Source: Eledone cirrhosa (taxonomy: Eukaryota). Taken from it: a stretch of 64,000 bases of DNA. How positions within the stretch are numbered: the first letter of the stretch is position 1; every line of letters starts with the position of its first letter. Positions 54,901 to 63,825 of the stretch are shown here, piece after piece. The notes beneath the pieces were generated by a model, which was not told the DNA's origin, searched no databases, and was given only the letters and a program-made list of their open reading frames with translations. Both the position numbers and the translations under genes were made by a program. The stretch is taken from the NCBI GenBank assembly GCA_964016885.1, contig OZ024740.1, positions 20,584,001 through 20,648,000 on the forward strand, in the 5' to 3' direction.

Positions 54901-57900
54901 TACCCTGGTGGGTGTTGTAGTGTCCTACCCTGGTGGGTGTTGTCGTGTCCTACCCTGGTGGGTGTTGTGGTGTCCTACCCTGGTGGGTGTTGTGGTGTCC
55001 TACCCTGGTGGGTGTTGTAGTGTCCTACCCTGGTGGGTGTTGTGGTGTCCTACCCTGGTGGGTGTTGTGGTGTCCTACCCTGGTGGGTGTTGTAATGTCC
55101 TACCTTGGTGGGTGTTGTAGTGTCCTACCCTGGTGGGTGTTGTAATGTCCTACCCTGGTGGGTGTTGTGGTGGTCCTACCCTGGTGGGTGTTGTGGTGTC
55201 CTACCCTGGTGGGTGTTGTGGTGGTCCTACCCTGGTGGGTGCTGTAGTGTCCTACCCTGGTGGGTGTTGTAGTGTCCTACCCTGGTGGGTGCTGTGGTGT
55301 CCTACCCTGGTGGGTGTTGTGGTGTCCTACCTTGGTGGGTGTTGTAGTGTCCTACCCTGGTGGGTGTTGTAGTGTCCTACCCTGGTGGGTGTTGTGGTGT
55401 CCTACCCTGGTGGGTGTTGTAGTGTCCTACCCTGGTGGGTGTTGTAGTGTCCTACCCTGGTGGGTGTTGTAGTGTCCTACCCTGGTGGGTGTTGTGGTGT
55501 CCTACCCTGGTGGGTGTTGTAGTGTCCTACCCTGGTGGGTGTTGTGGTGTCCTACCTTGGTGGGTGTTGTAGTGTCCTACCCTGGTGGGTGTTGTAGTGT
55601 CCTACCCTGGTGGGTGCTGTAATGTCCTACCCTGGAGGGTGTTGTGGTGTCCTACCCTGATGGGTGCTGTAATGTCCTACCCTGGTGGGTGTTTTAGTGT
55701 CCTACCCTGGTGGGTGCTGTAGTGTCCTACCCTGGTGGTTGTTGTGGTGTCCTACCTTGGTGGGTGTTGTAGTGTCCTACCCTGGTGGGTGTTGTAGTGT
55801 CCTACCCTGGTGGGTGTTGTAGTGTCCTACCCTGGTGGGTGTTGTAGTGTCCTACCCTGGTGGGTGTTGTAGTGTCCTACCTTGGTGGGTGTTGTAGTGT
55901 CCTACCCTGGTGGGTGTTGTAGTGTCCTACCCTGGTGGGTGTTGTGGTGGTCCTACCCTGGTGGGTGTTGTAATGTCCTACCCTGGTGGGTGTTGTAGTG
56001 TCCTACCCAGGTGGGTGTTGTAGTGTCCTACCCTGGTGGGTGTTGTAGTGTCCTACCCTGGTGGGTGTTGTAGTGTCCTACCCTGGTGGGTGTTGTGGTG
56101 TCCTACCCTGGTGGGTGTTGTAGTGTCCTACCCTGGTGGGTGTTGTAGTGTCCTACCCTGGTGGGTGTTGTAATGTCCTACCCTGGTGGGTGTTGTGGTG
56201 GTCCTACCCTGGTGGGTGTTGTGGTGTCCTACCTTGGTGGGTGTTGTAGTGTCCTACCCTGGTGGGTGTTGTGGTGGTCCTACCCTGGTGGGTGTTGTAG
56301 TGTCCTACCCTGGTGGGTGTTGTAGTGTCCTACCCTGGTGGGTGTTGTAATGTCCTACCCTGGTGGGTGTTGTAGTGTCCTACCCTGGTGGGTGTTGTAG
56401 TGTCCTACCCTGGTGGGTGTTGTAGTGTCCTACCCTGGTGGGTGTTGTAGTGTCCTACCCTGGTGGGTGTTGTAGTGTCCTACCCTGGTGGGTGTTGTAG
56501 TGTACTACCCTGGTGGGTGTTGTAGTGTCCTACCCTGGTGGGTGCTGTAGTGTCCTACCCTGGTGGGTGTTGTGGTGTCCTACCCTGGTGGGTGTTGTGG
56601 TGTCCTACCCTGGTGGGTGTTGTAGTGTCCTACCCTGGTGGGTGTTGTAGTGTCCTACCCTGGTGGGTGTTGTAGTGTCCTACCCTGGTGGGTGTTGTGG
56701 TGTCCTACCCTGGTGGGTGTTGTAGTGTCCTACCCTGGTGGGTGTTGTAGTGTCCTACCCTGGTGGGTGTTGTAGTGTCCTACCCTGGTGGGTGTTGTAG
56801 TGTCCTACCCTGGTGGGTGTTGTAGTGTCCTAGCCTGGTGGGTGTTGTAGTGTCCTACCCTGGTGGGTGTTGTAGTGTCCTACCCTGGTGGGTGTTGTAG
56901 TGTCCTACCCTGGTGGGTGTTGTGGTGTCCTACCTTGGTGGGTGTTGTAGTGTCCTACCCTGGTGGGTGTTGTAATGTCCTACCCTGGTGGGTGTTGTGG
57001 TGTCCTACCCTGGTGGGTGTTGTAGTGTCCTACCCTGGTGGGTGTTGTAGTGTCCTACCCTGGTGGGTGTTGTGGTGTCCTACCTTGGTGGGTGTTGTAG
57101 TGTCCTACCCTGGTGGGTGTTGTAATGTCCTACCCTGGTGGGTGTTGTAGTGTCCTACCCTGGTGGGTGTTGTGGTGTCCTACCTTGGTGGGTGTTGTAG
57201 TGTCCTACCCTGGTGGGTGTTGTAATGTCCTACCCTGGTGGGTGTTGTAGTGTCCTACCCTGGTGGGTGTTGTGGTGTCCTACCTTGGTGGGTGTTGTAG
57301 TGTCCTACCCTGCTGGGTGTTGTAGTGTCCTACCCTGGTGGGTGTTGTGGTGTCCTACCTTGGTGGGTGTTGTAGTGTCCTACCCTGGTGGGTGTTGTAA
57401 TGTCCTACCCTGGTGGGTGTTGTAGTGTCCTACCCTGCTGGGTGTTGTAGTGTCCTACCCTGGTGGGTGTTGTAGTGTCCTACCCTGGTGGGTGTTGTAG
57501 TGTCCTACCCTGGTGGGTGTTGTAATGTCCTACCCTGGTGGGTGTTGTAGTGTCCTACCCTGGTGGGTGTTGTGGTGTCCTACCCTGCTGGGTGTTGTAG
57601 TGTCCTACCCTGGTGGGTGTTGTGGTGTCCTACCTTGGTGGGTGTTGTAGTGTCCTACCCTGGTGGGTGTTGTAATGTCCTACCCTGCTGGGTGTTGTAG
57701 TGTCCTACCCTGGTGGGTGTTGTGGTGTCCTACCTTGGTGGGTGTTGTAGTGTCCTACCCTGCTGGGTGTTGTAGTGTCCTACCCTGGTGGGTGTTGTAA
57801 TGTCCTACCTTGGTGGGTGTTGTAGTGTCCTACCCTGGTGGGTGTTGTAATGTCCTACCCTGGTGGGTGTTGTAGTGTCCTACCCTGGTGGGTGTTGTGG

Positions 57901-57989
57901 TGTCCTACCTTGGTGGGTGTTGTAGTGTCCTACCCTGGTGGGTGTTGTAGTGTCCTACCCTGGTGGGTGTTGTGGTGGTCCTACCCTGG
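45940..57989. repeat. 25-bp satellite/minisatellite array (~480 copies)
   Basis: Unit TGGGTGTTGTRGTGTCCTACCCTGG in tandem, with occasional 26-bp variants (GTGGTGGTCC). The + strand is strongly G/T-rich. Confidence 0.99.
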
Positions 57990-58024
57990 CTCTACACAGC
58001 TTTAGTTCTCACTAGCCCACTACA

Positions 58025-58148
58025 TCTTCCTTTCTCCCCATCTCTCTCACCCTATCTTTCTCTCTTTCCCTCTCTCTGTCTCTCTTCTCACCTCTCTCTA
58101 TCTCGACATCTTTCGCTTTTTTCTCTCCACCTTTTTATCTCTAACTCT

Positions 58149-58193
<45 letters not shown>

Positions 58194-58211
58194 TCTGTCT
58201 CTCTCTCTCTC

Positions 58212-58262
<51 letters not shown>

Positions 58263-58290
58263 GTCTCCATCTCTCTACCTCTCCATATCT
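58025..58290. repeat. Polypyrimidine tract with (CT)n microsatellite core (~58153-58260)
   Basis: Direct inspection: degenerate CT-rich sequence grading into nearly pure (CT)n. Confidence 0.95.
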
Positions 58291-58630
58291 CCAACTAGTG
58301 AAAGGACCCCAACTAAAAAAGGGTCCCAACTGGAGAAAGGGCCCCAACTAAAGAAGGGTCCCAACTAAGGAATGTCTCCAACTGGGGAAAGGGCCCCAAC
58401 TAAATAAGGGTCCCAACTAAGGAATGTCTCCAACTGGAGAAAGGACCCCAACTATAGAAGGGTCCCAACTAAGGAAGGTCTCCAACTGGAGAAAGGACGC
58501 CAACTAAAGAAGGGTCCCAACTAAGGAAGGTCTCCAACTGGAGAAAGGACCCCAACTAAAGAAGGGTCCCAACTAAGGAAGGTCTCCAACTGGAGAAAGG
58601 ACCCCAACTAAAGAAGGGTCGCAACTAAGG
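58291..58630. repeat. 52-bp minisatellite composed of three related 17-18 bp subunits
   Basis: A=CCAACTGGAGAAAGGACC, B=CCAACTAAAGAAGGGTC, C=CCAACTAAGGAAGGTCT. A starts at 58291, 58326, 58378, 58430, 58482, 58534 and 58586 (52-bp period after the first A-B pair). Confidence 0.95.
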
Positions 58631-58689
58631 GACATTGTATGAATGCACCATAAACCGGAAGATGGGTTATGTTTACCAACGAAGAAGAC

Positions 58690-58765
58690 CACACTAGGAT
58701 TGGAACTCAGAACACAGCTGGAACAACTACTACAATGTATATCGTACGACGCTCTAACAATTTCT
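58690..58765 (-). mobile_element. Decayed tRNA-derived SINE head fragment
   Basis: Minus strand has A-box-region-like GTTAGAGCGTCG and degenerate B-box GAGTTCCAATCC (+ strand GGATTGGAACTC at 58697). Resembles the neighbouring fragment around GGATT.GAACTCAG. Confidence 0.5.
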
Positions 58766-58773
58766 TGGTTTCA

Positions 58774-58845
58774 AGTATTTTATCCACCCCGGAAGGATGG
58801 AAGGTAAAGTTCAGCTTGATGGGATTTGAACTCAGAGAGTTGAAT
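58774..58845 (-). mobile_element. tRNA-derived SINE fragment (B-box plus central domain)
   Basis: Minus strand: CTGAGTTCAAATCCC (Pol III B-box) followed by CTTTACCTTCCATCCTTCCGGGGTGGATAAAATA. From memory this resembles the CCTTTCATCCTTTCGGGGTCGATAAA central domain of metazoan/octopus SINEs. Confidence 0.7.
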
Positions 58846-59083
58846 GTGTATTGGAATGTGTATTCCAAAACACGCCCCCCCCCCACACGACTTCTTAATT
58901 GCTCGCACGCCCACGTAAATACGCACATGAATACCGGTGAATATACATCGCATTGCCGTCCCACAAATTACACAAGGATATACACATACGCCCACGCACA
59001 TAAAAAAATATGGCCCATACCTATATATACATTCTCGGTCCACATACCACAACAAAAATATATCTTTTGTCGCATAACTGCTA

Positions 59084-59126
59084 TGGGTCACCTTGAGTCA
59101 ATTATCTGCGAAACGCGCGTAACACA
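59084..59126 (+). ncRNA. Possible decayed minimal hammerhead remnant
   Basis: 3' half GAAACGCGCGTA (59110-59121) has palindromic ACGCGCGT and a GUA triplet, then ACACA, which could pair imperfectly with TGGGT. The CUGANGA box is not intact (CACCTTGA). Confidence 0.25.
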
Positions 59127-59248
59127 ATAAATATTTTTCATATGTAAACGAAACTTTCTCGTTTTCTTTCTATTATATACACTCTGTCTGTGTCTGTGTA
59201 TAGAGTGCTTGATTTGGTACCAACACCAGTATTTCACCGTACTACCTA

Positions 59249-59251
<3 letters not shown>

Positions 59252-59298
<47 letters not shown>
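59252..59298. repeat. (TA)n microsatellite, left flank of the PLE insertion
   Basis: Pure TA run ending 2 nt before the inverted pLTR. Confidence 0.98.
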
Positions 59299-59300
<2 letters not shown>

Positions 59301-59929
59301 AGGAGGTTATAGTTCACTTGAAGCATTGTGTAATGAGGTATAAACGTTTGAATATGTGTAATAAGGCCAAAACAATGCAGGTATGGACATAGAAAAAAGA
59401 ATGCAATAGTGAAAGATATTGATGAGAATTCGTCTTTCACCTTGAATTTATTTAAATGTCCTTAATTTTCGAGATAATATCTCTTCTTCGGAGGGAAGTA
59501 AAGGTCTCAAACCAGCGTCTTTAAATCTCTAGCCAAGCCATGCTGACCGGAAATAGTATAGAGTATCTGTTCTAACTCTAATATCAAAGAATTAAAATTA
59601 GGTGGATAAAGAGTAGTCTCCCTTTAAGAGGGGTTTGTTTAGGTTTTTTTTACTTTTTTATTTTTTTATTTTTTTAAATTTTATATACGTGCCTGTATAT
59701 GTGTGTGGGAGAATGCATGAAGGTGTAGGTATGTGGGTGTGTGTGTGTGAGTGTGGGAAGATAGGTCTAATCGTAAAAGTGGGGGGTAGGTGTTATCTGG
59801 TGTTAGAACTGGTTTTGTGTGTGTATGTGTGAGAGAGAATAAGTGGAGGTGTAAGCGTGTGTGTAGGGTGTGTAAAAATGGGGCTAGAGGCCCTATCAGG
59901 TTATAAATTGGGTGTTGAGCTCTAGTCTA
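59301..59929 (-). repeat. Inverted pLTR copy
   Basis: Reverse complement of 59938-60589, apart from an ~18-bp deletion in the CA tract, a variable A tract and a few substitutions. Confidence 0.97.
59460..59494 (-). ncRNA. Minimal type I hammerhead-like motif (CCGAAGA core), inverted pLTR
   Basis: Exact reverse complement of the motif at 60396-60430. Confidence 0.65.
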
Positions 59930-60551
59930 ATCAATAATAGACTAGAGCTCAACACCCAATTTATAACCTGATAGGGCCTCTAGCCCCATTTTTACGCACC
60001 CCACACACACGCACGCGCACACACACACGCTTACACCTCCACTTATTCTCTCTCACACATACACACACAAAACCAGTTCTAACACCAGATAACACCTACC
60101 CCCCACTTTTACGATTAGACCTATCTTCCCACACTCACACACCCACACCCACATACCTACACCTTCATGCATTCTCCCACACACATATACAGGCACGTAT
60201 ATAAAATAAAAAAAAACAAATTTAAAAAAAATAAAAAAAAAAAAAACCCTAAACAAACCCCTCTTAAGGGGAGACTACTCTTTATCCACCTAATTTTAAT
60301 TCTTTGATATTAGAGTTAGAACAGATACTCTATACTATTTCCAGTCAGCATGGCTTGGCTAGAGATTTAAAGACGCTGGTTGAGACCTTTACTTCCCTCC
60401 GAAGAAGAGATATTATCTCGAAAATTAAGGACATTTAAATAAATTTAAGGTGAAAGACGAATTCTCATCAATATCTTTCACTATTGCATTCTTTTTTCTA
60501 TGTCCATACCTGCATTGTTTTGGCCTTATTACACATATTCAAACGTTTATA
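59929..60551 (+). repeat. 5' direct pLTR
   Basis: Starts AATCAATAATAGACTAGAGCTC, identical to 63104 onward (last codons of the EN domain), and matches through CAAACGTTTATA. Confidence 0.97.
60396..60430 (+). ncRNA. Minimal type I hammerhead-like motif (CCGAAGA core), 5' pLTR
   Basis: CCT-CCGAAGA-A-GAGAT(ATT)ATCTC-GAA-AATT-A-AGG: 3-bp stem I, core box with U4C, extra A, 5-bp stem II, GAAA, palindromic AATT stem III and a UUA site (predicted cleavage after 60427). Confidence 0.65.
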
Positions 60552-60563
60552 CCTCATTACACA

Positions 60564-63146
60564 ATGCTTCAAGTGAACTATAACCTCCTGCTTTCATTAC
60601 GCCTGAGCCAGGCCCAGTTCACAACTGTAAAGAAACTCTTCCAGCTATCTGAAAAGCGCGCCAAAGCCGGCTGCCAAATAAACTTCCTAAAACGATGCCT
60701 GAATAACAACATCATCCCCAAAACCATCAAAAATTTGCACCTACCAACATGCTTCAAATCCCCAGGCCTCAAACGATCACTTAGTTACATACAAAAATTC
60801 TGCCTAAGAAAACTCATACAACACCTACACCGCACGCTACAACATCACATACGGACTATTTCCAGCCTTGTACCACAACTCGCTGAAACCCCAGAACCTC
60901 TGTCCAGGTTCATCTCCGCCACTATAGACAGGTCATACCACCACCGCCGAGACTACGAGAAAATACGCCTAACGCAAACATTTCTCAAACTCAGGACGGC
61001 CAACTATCTTAACAACATCCCAACGCTAAACACCAACAGAGGCGAACAATACGTTACCAACACCGAACCTAGCGGCACCCCGACCAACAACACACCTGAC
61101 GCAAAACACCTCGTCACAGACTTGACAGGATCCCTCTCCCGAGAGGAATTAGACCTCCTCAGCCTGGGTCCCAAGTTCATATTGAAACAGAGACTGGACG
61201 ACAGACTATGGCTCGACATAGAAACGAATTTCTGTCGGACTGCCTACCAACTGAAATGGATATCGACTCTCGACAACAACACCACGGAATCCACCACACC
61301 CAGATTCCCGATATACCAACTAGATCGCCCATTCTATCCACCGCCCGCCAACCGCGAGCTGGAAGAAAAACTCTCGAGACTAAAACATTCCGTATTTAAC
61401 ATCTTACGGAAACAGAAGAAGATGGCCCCTAACCTCTCCAGGACACAACAACTCGCCCTGAAGAACCTACGTAATAAGGAACTTATTTACTTACCATCCG
61501 ACAAAGGTAAAGAGTTCTGCGTCATCTCTCAAGCCACATACAATAACCTAGCCTTCGAACACCTAAGCGATAATGAACTATACACAGAGATCCCGGACAT
61601 GACTGCAGCCCAGATCGAAAAACAGACCAACTCCATTTGGTTCGATATCTGTAGGAGAAGACAACTCCCGAATAAAATTAAGCTCAACTACACCACTAGA
61701 AATAGCAGACTGCCCACTTTCTACCACCTCATCAAGACCCACAAGAATAGCACTAAGACGCAAATAAGACCCATCGTCTCTAGCATAGAAGGACCCCTAT
61801 ACAAAATTTCCTGGCTTCTCTCCCAGGTCCTCAAGCCTCTACTCTCCACCTTCCCCGGGCATGTCAGTAGCTCCGACGAAGTTATACGTAGACTACACCA
61901 ACTCCAGCCAGAACAACTTAAACTAAATAAATACGCTTTTAGCCTCGACGTTGTCTCCCTCTACACTACAGTCCACGCTCACCCAGCTGTCGATTTATTG
62001 ACGGACTGCGTGGTCGCAGAGAACATCCACTGCTACGGCCTCCACCCGACGGACATACACCAGCTTTTGTCCTTCACAGTAGACAACACGTACTTCACCT
62101 TCCACCACCACACATACAGACAGACAACAGGATTACCCATGGGATCCAGCCTTTCGGGCCTGCTGGCCATCACCTACATGAACCAGCTAGAATGCCGAGC
62201 CCTCAACACCTGCCATTCCCATGCCTTCTTCACTCGATATGTAGATGACATACTCATCCTTACATCATCCCGTGAGGAGGCAGAGAAAATATACACAACA
62301 TTCTCCAGCATGGACGCCAGTATAAAGTTCAGCATGGAACACCCCGATGACCGCGGATCCCTATCCCTACTGGACTTCCAACTCAGGGTAACAGAGGAAG
62401 GCAACATCCACACCTGCTTCTATAAAAAATCCGCCAGCAGGGACCTGTTCGTACATTTCAGATCGGCCCTCCCACTCGGTGCCAAGTTCGGATACATAAA
62501 GAACGAACTGGCACGTATCAAGAACAAATGCACCGACGCCAGAGACCGAGACACACACACCACACATTTCCTGGAAGTACTCAAACTGAACGGATACACG
62601 ACATCCACCACAAACCGTGCCAGAAAGAACAGAGGACACCACACCCGAGGCACTAACACTTGCTTCCTGAAGCTCCCACACTTCAGTGAAGAAACAACAA
62701 CAGCCATCCGCAGAGCCATCAGACGAGAGGGACTGGATATCCAACTGGCCCACTCGGGTCCTTCTCTGCGCGGACGGCTGGCCAAGAGACACTCCACCAG
62801 ACATGACAACTGCTGCAGACTAGCCAACTGCCCCATCAACGACACAGACCTATGCCACTAGGCTTACGTAGTATACAGACTAGAGTGTGACAAATGCAAC
62901 AACTTCTACGTAGGTAGCACCACCAGACCACTCCACATAAGAATAAAAGAACACCTCAATACTAACGCTTCCTCATTTAAGAAACACCTAGTTAAATGCA
63001 AAAACACCGATAAAAACATAACAGTTAGGATAGAAACTAAGGAAAGAAACCTCGGCAATCTTAGAATTAAGGAAGCACTTATTATAGATAAAACACATCC
63101 ACCAATCAATAATAGACTAGAGCTCAACACCCAATTTATAACCTGA
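60564..63146 (+). pseudogene. PLE reverse transcriptase + GIY-YIG endonuclease ORF (~860 codons) with one in-frame TAG at 62859-62861
   Basis: The first in-frame ATG is at 60564. N-terminal/RT motifs: FLKRC..IIPK, SDKG, KTHK..IRPIVS, SLDVVSLYT, YRQTTGLPMGSSLS, RYVDD, LSLLD, YKK. After the TAG the same frame continues for 94 aa: AYVVYRLECDKCNNFYVGSTTRPLHIRIKEH...KHL...KEALII...PPINN...FIT* (GIY-YIG with CCHH residues). Confidence 0.95.
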
Positions 63147-63705
63147 TAGGGCCTCTAGCCCCATTTTTACACACCCCACACACACGCACGCGCACACACA
63201 CACGCTTACACCTCCACTTATTCTCTCTCACACATACACACACAAAACCAGTTCTAACACCAGATAACACCTACCCCCCACTTTTACGATTAGACCTATC
63301 TTCCCACACTCACACACACACACCCACATACCTACACCTTCATGCATTCTCCCACACACATATACAGGCACGTATATAAAATAAAAAAAAATAAATAAAT
63401 AAAAAAACCTAAACAAACCCCTCTTAAAGGGAGACTACTCTTTATCCACCTAATTTTAATTCTTTGATATTAGAGTTAGAACAGATACTCTATACTATTT
63501 CCGGTCAGCATGGCTTGGCTAGAGATTTAAAGACGCTGGTTTGAGACCTTTACTTCCCTCCGAAGAAGAGATATTATCTCGAAAATTAAGGACATTTAAA
63601 TAAATTCAAGGTGAAAGACGAAATTTCATCAATATCTTTCACTATTGCATTCTTTTTTCTATGTCCATACCTGCATTGTTTTGGCCTTATTACACATATT
63701 CAAAC

Positions 63706-63712
<7 letters not shown>
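63104..63712 (+). repeat. 3' pLTR
   Basis: Direct repeat of 59929-60551. Overlaps the end of the ORF and merges into (TA)n at GTTTATA. Confidence 0.97.
63557..63591 (+). ncRNA. Minimal type I hammerhead-like motif (CCGAAGA core), 3' pLTR
   Basis: Identical to 60396-60430; predicted cleavage after 63588. Confidence 0.65.
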
Positions 63713-63776
<64 letters not shown>

Positions 63777-63780
63777 TATA
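63709..63780. repeat. (TA)n microsatellite, right flank of the PLE insertion
   Basis: TA run with one CA interruption at 63771. Confidence 0.98.
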
Positions 63781-63789
63781 CTCATTCTT

Positions 63790-63825
63790 TCTTCTGATGA
63801 AGGACTACCGTCCGAAACGTTAAGA
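63790..63825 (+). ncRNA. Minimal type I hammerhead ribozyme motif with canonical core, outside the PLE
   Basis: TCTT-CTGATGA-A-GGAC(TACC)GTCC-GAA-ACGT-T-AAGA: 4-bp stem I, perfect CUGAUGA/GAAA core, 4-bp stem II, palindromic ACGT stem III and a GUU site (predicted cleavage after 63821). Confidence 0.85.

Larger units (their letters stand above)
59301..63712 (+). mobile_element. Penelope-like retroelement (EN+ PLE), near full length: inverted pLTR + direct pLTR + RT/GIY-YIG ORF + 3' pLTR
   Basis: PLE-type RT with a C-terminal GIY-YIG. The ~610-bp repeats start within the 3' end of the ORF (pseudo-LTR hallmark), include a 5' inverted copy and carry hammerhead motifs. No clear TSD; flanked by (TA)n on both sides. 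Confidence 0.96.

Noticed and set aside
46289-57425. Dozens of ORFs encoding VVVSYPGGCC/VLPWWVLWCPTL repeats
   Set aside because: These are translations of a 25-bp unit (not a multiple of 3) cycling through frames, opened wherever GTAG is GTGG. They have GTG starts only and no coding signal.
57963-58298. 111-aa Ser/Leu ORF
   Set aside because: Translation of the (CT)n tract.
58291-58630. CCAACT repeats with variable intervening sequence as a mini-CRISPR
   Set aside because: The intervening 11-12 nt are themselves periodic (A/B/C); this is an ordinary minisatellite.
58669-59130. 153-aa ORF and overlapping minus-strand ORFs
   Set aside because: They span SINE remnants and degenerate CA-rich sequence, with no recognisable domain.
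59968-59995. CTGATAGGGCCTCTAGCCCC as a hammerhead start
   Set aside because: The box is CTGATAG and no GAAA follows the hairpin; it is the ORF stop region duplicated in the pLTR.
59246-60256. Repeated short ORFs (MFRFF..., MKDEF...), also at 63228 and 63611
   Set aside because: They recur only because they lie in pLTR copies and run through low-complexity tracts.
60450-60563. GTG start of the 803-aa ORF given in the track
   Set aside because: The context is eukaryotic, so the first in-frame ATG at 60564 is the more plausible start. A spliced upstream start cannot be excluded.
60578-63130. Antisense and alternate-frame ORFs within the RT gene
   Set aside because: Short shadows of the biased coding strand, without motifs.
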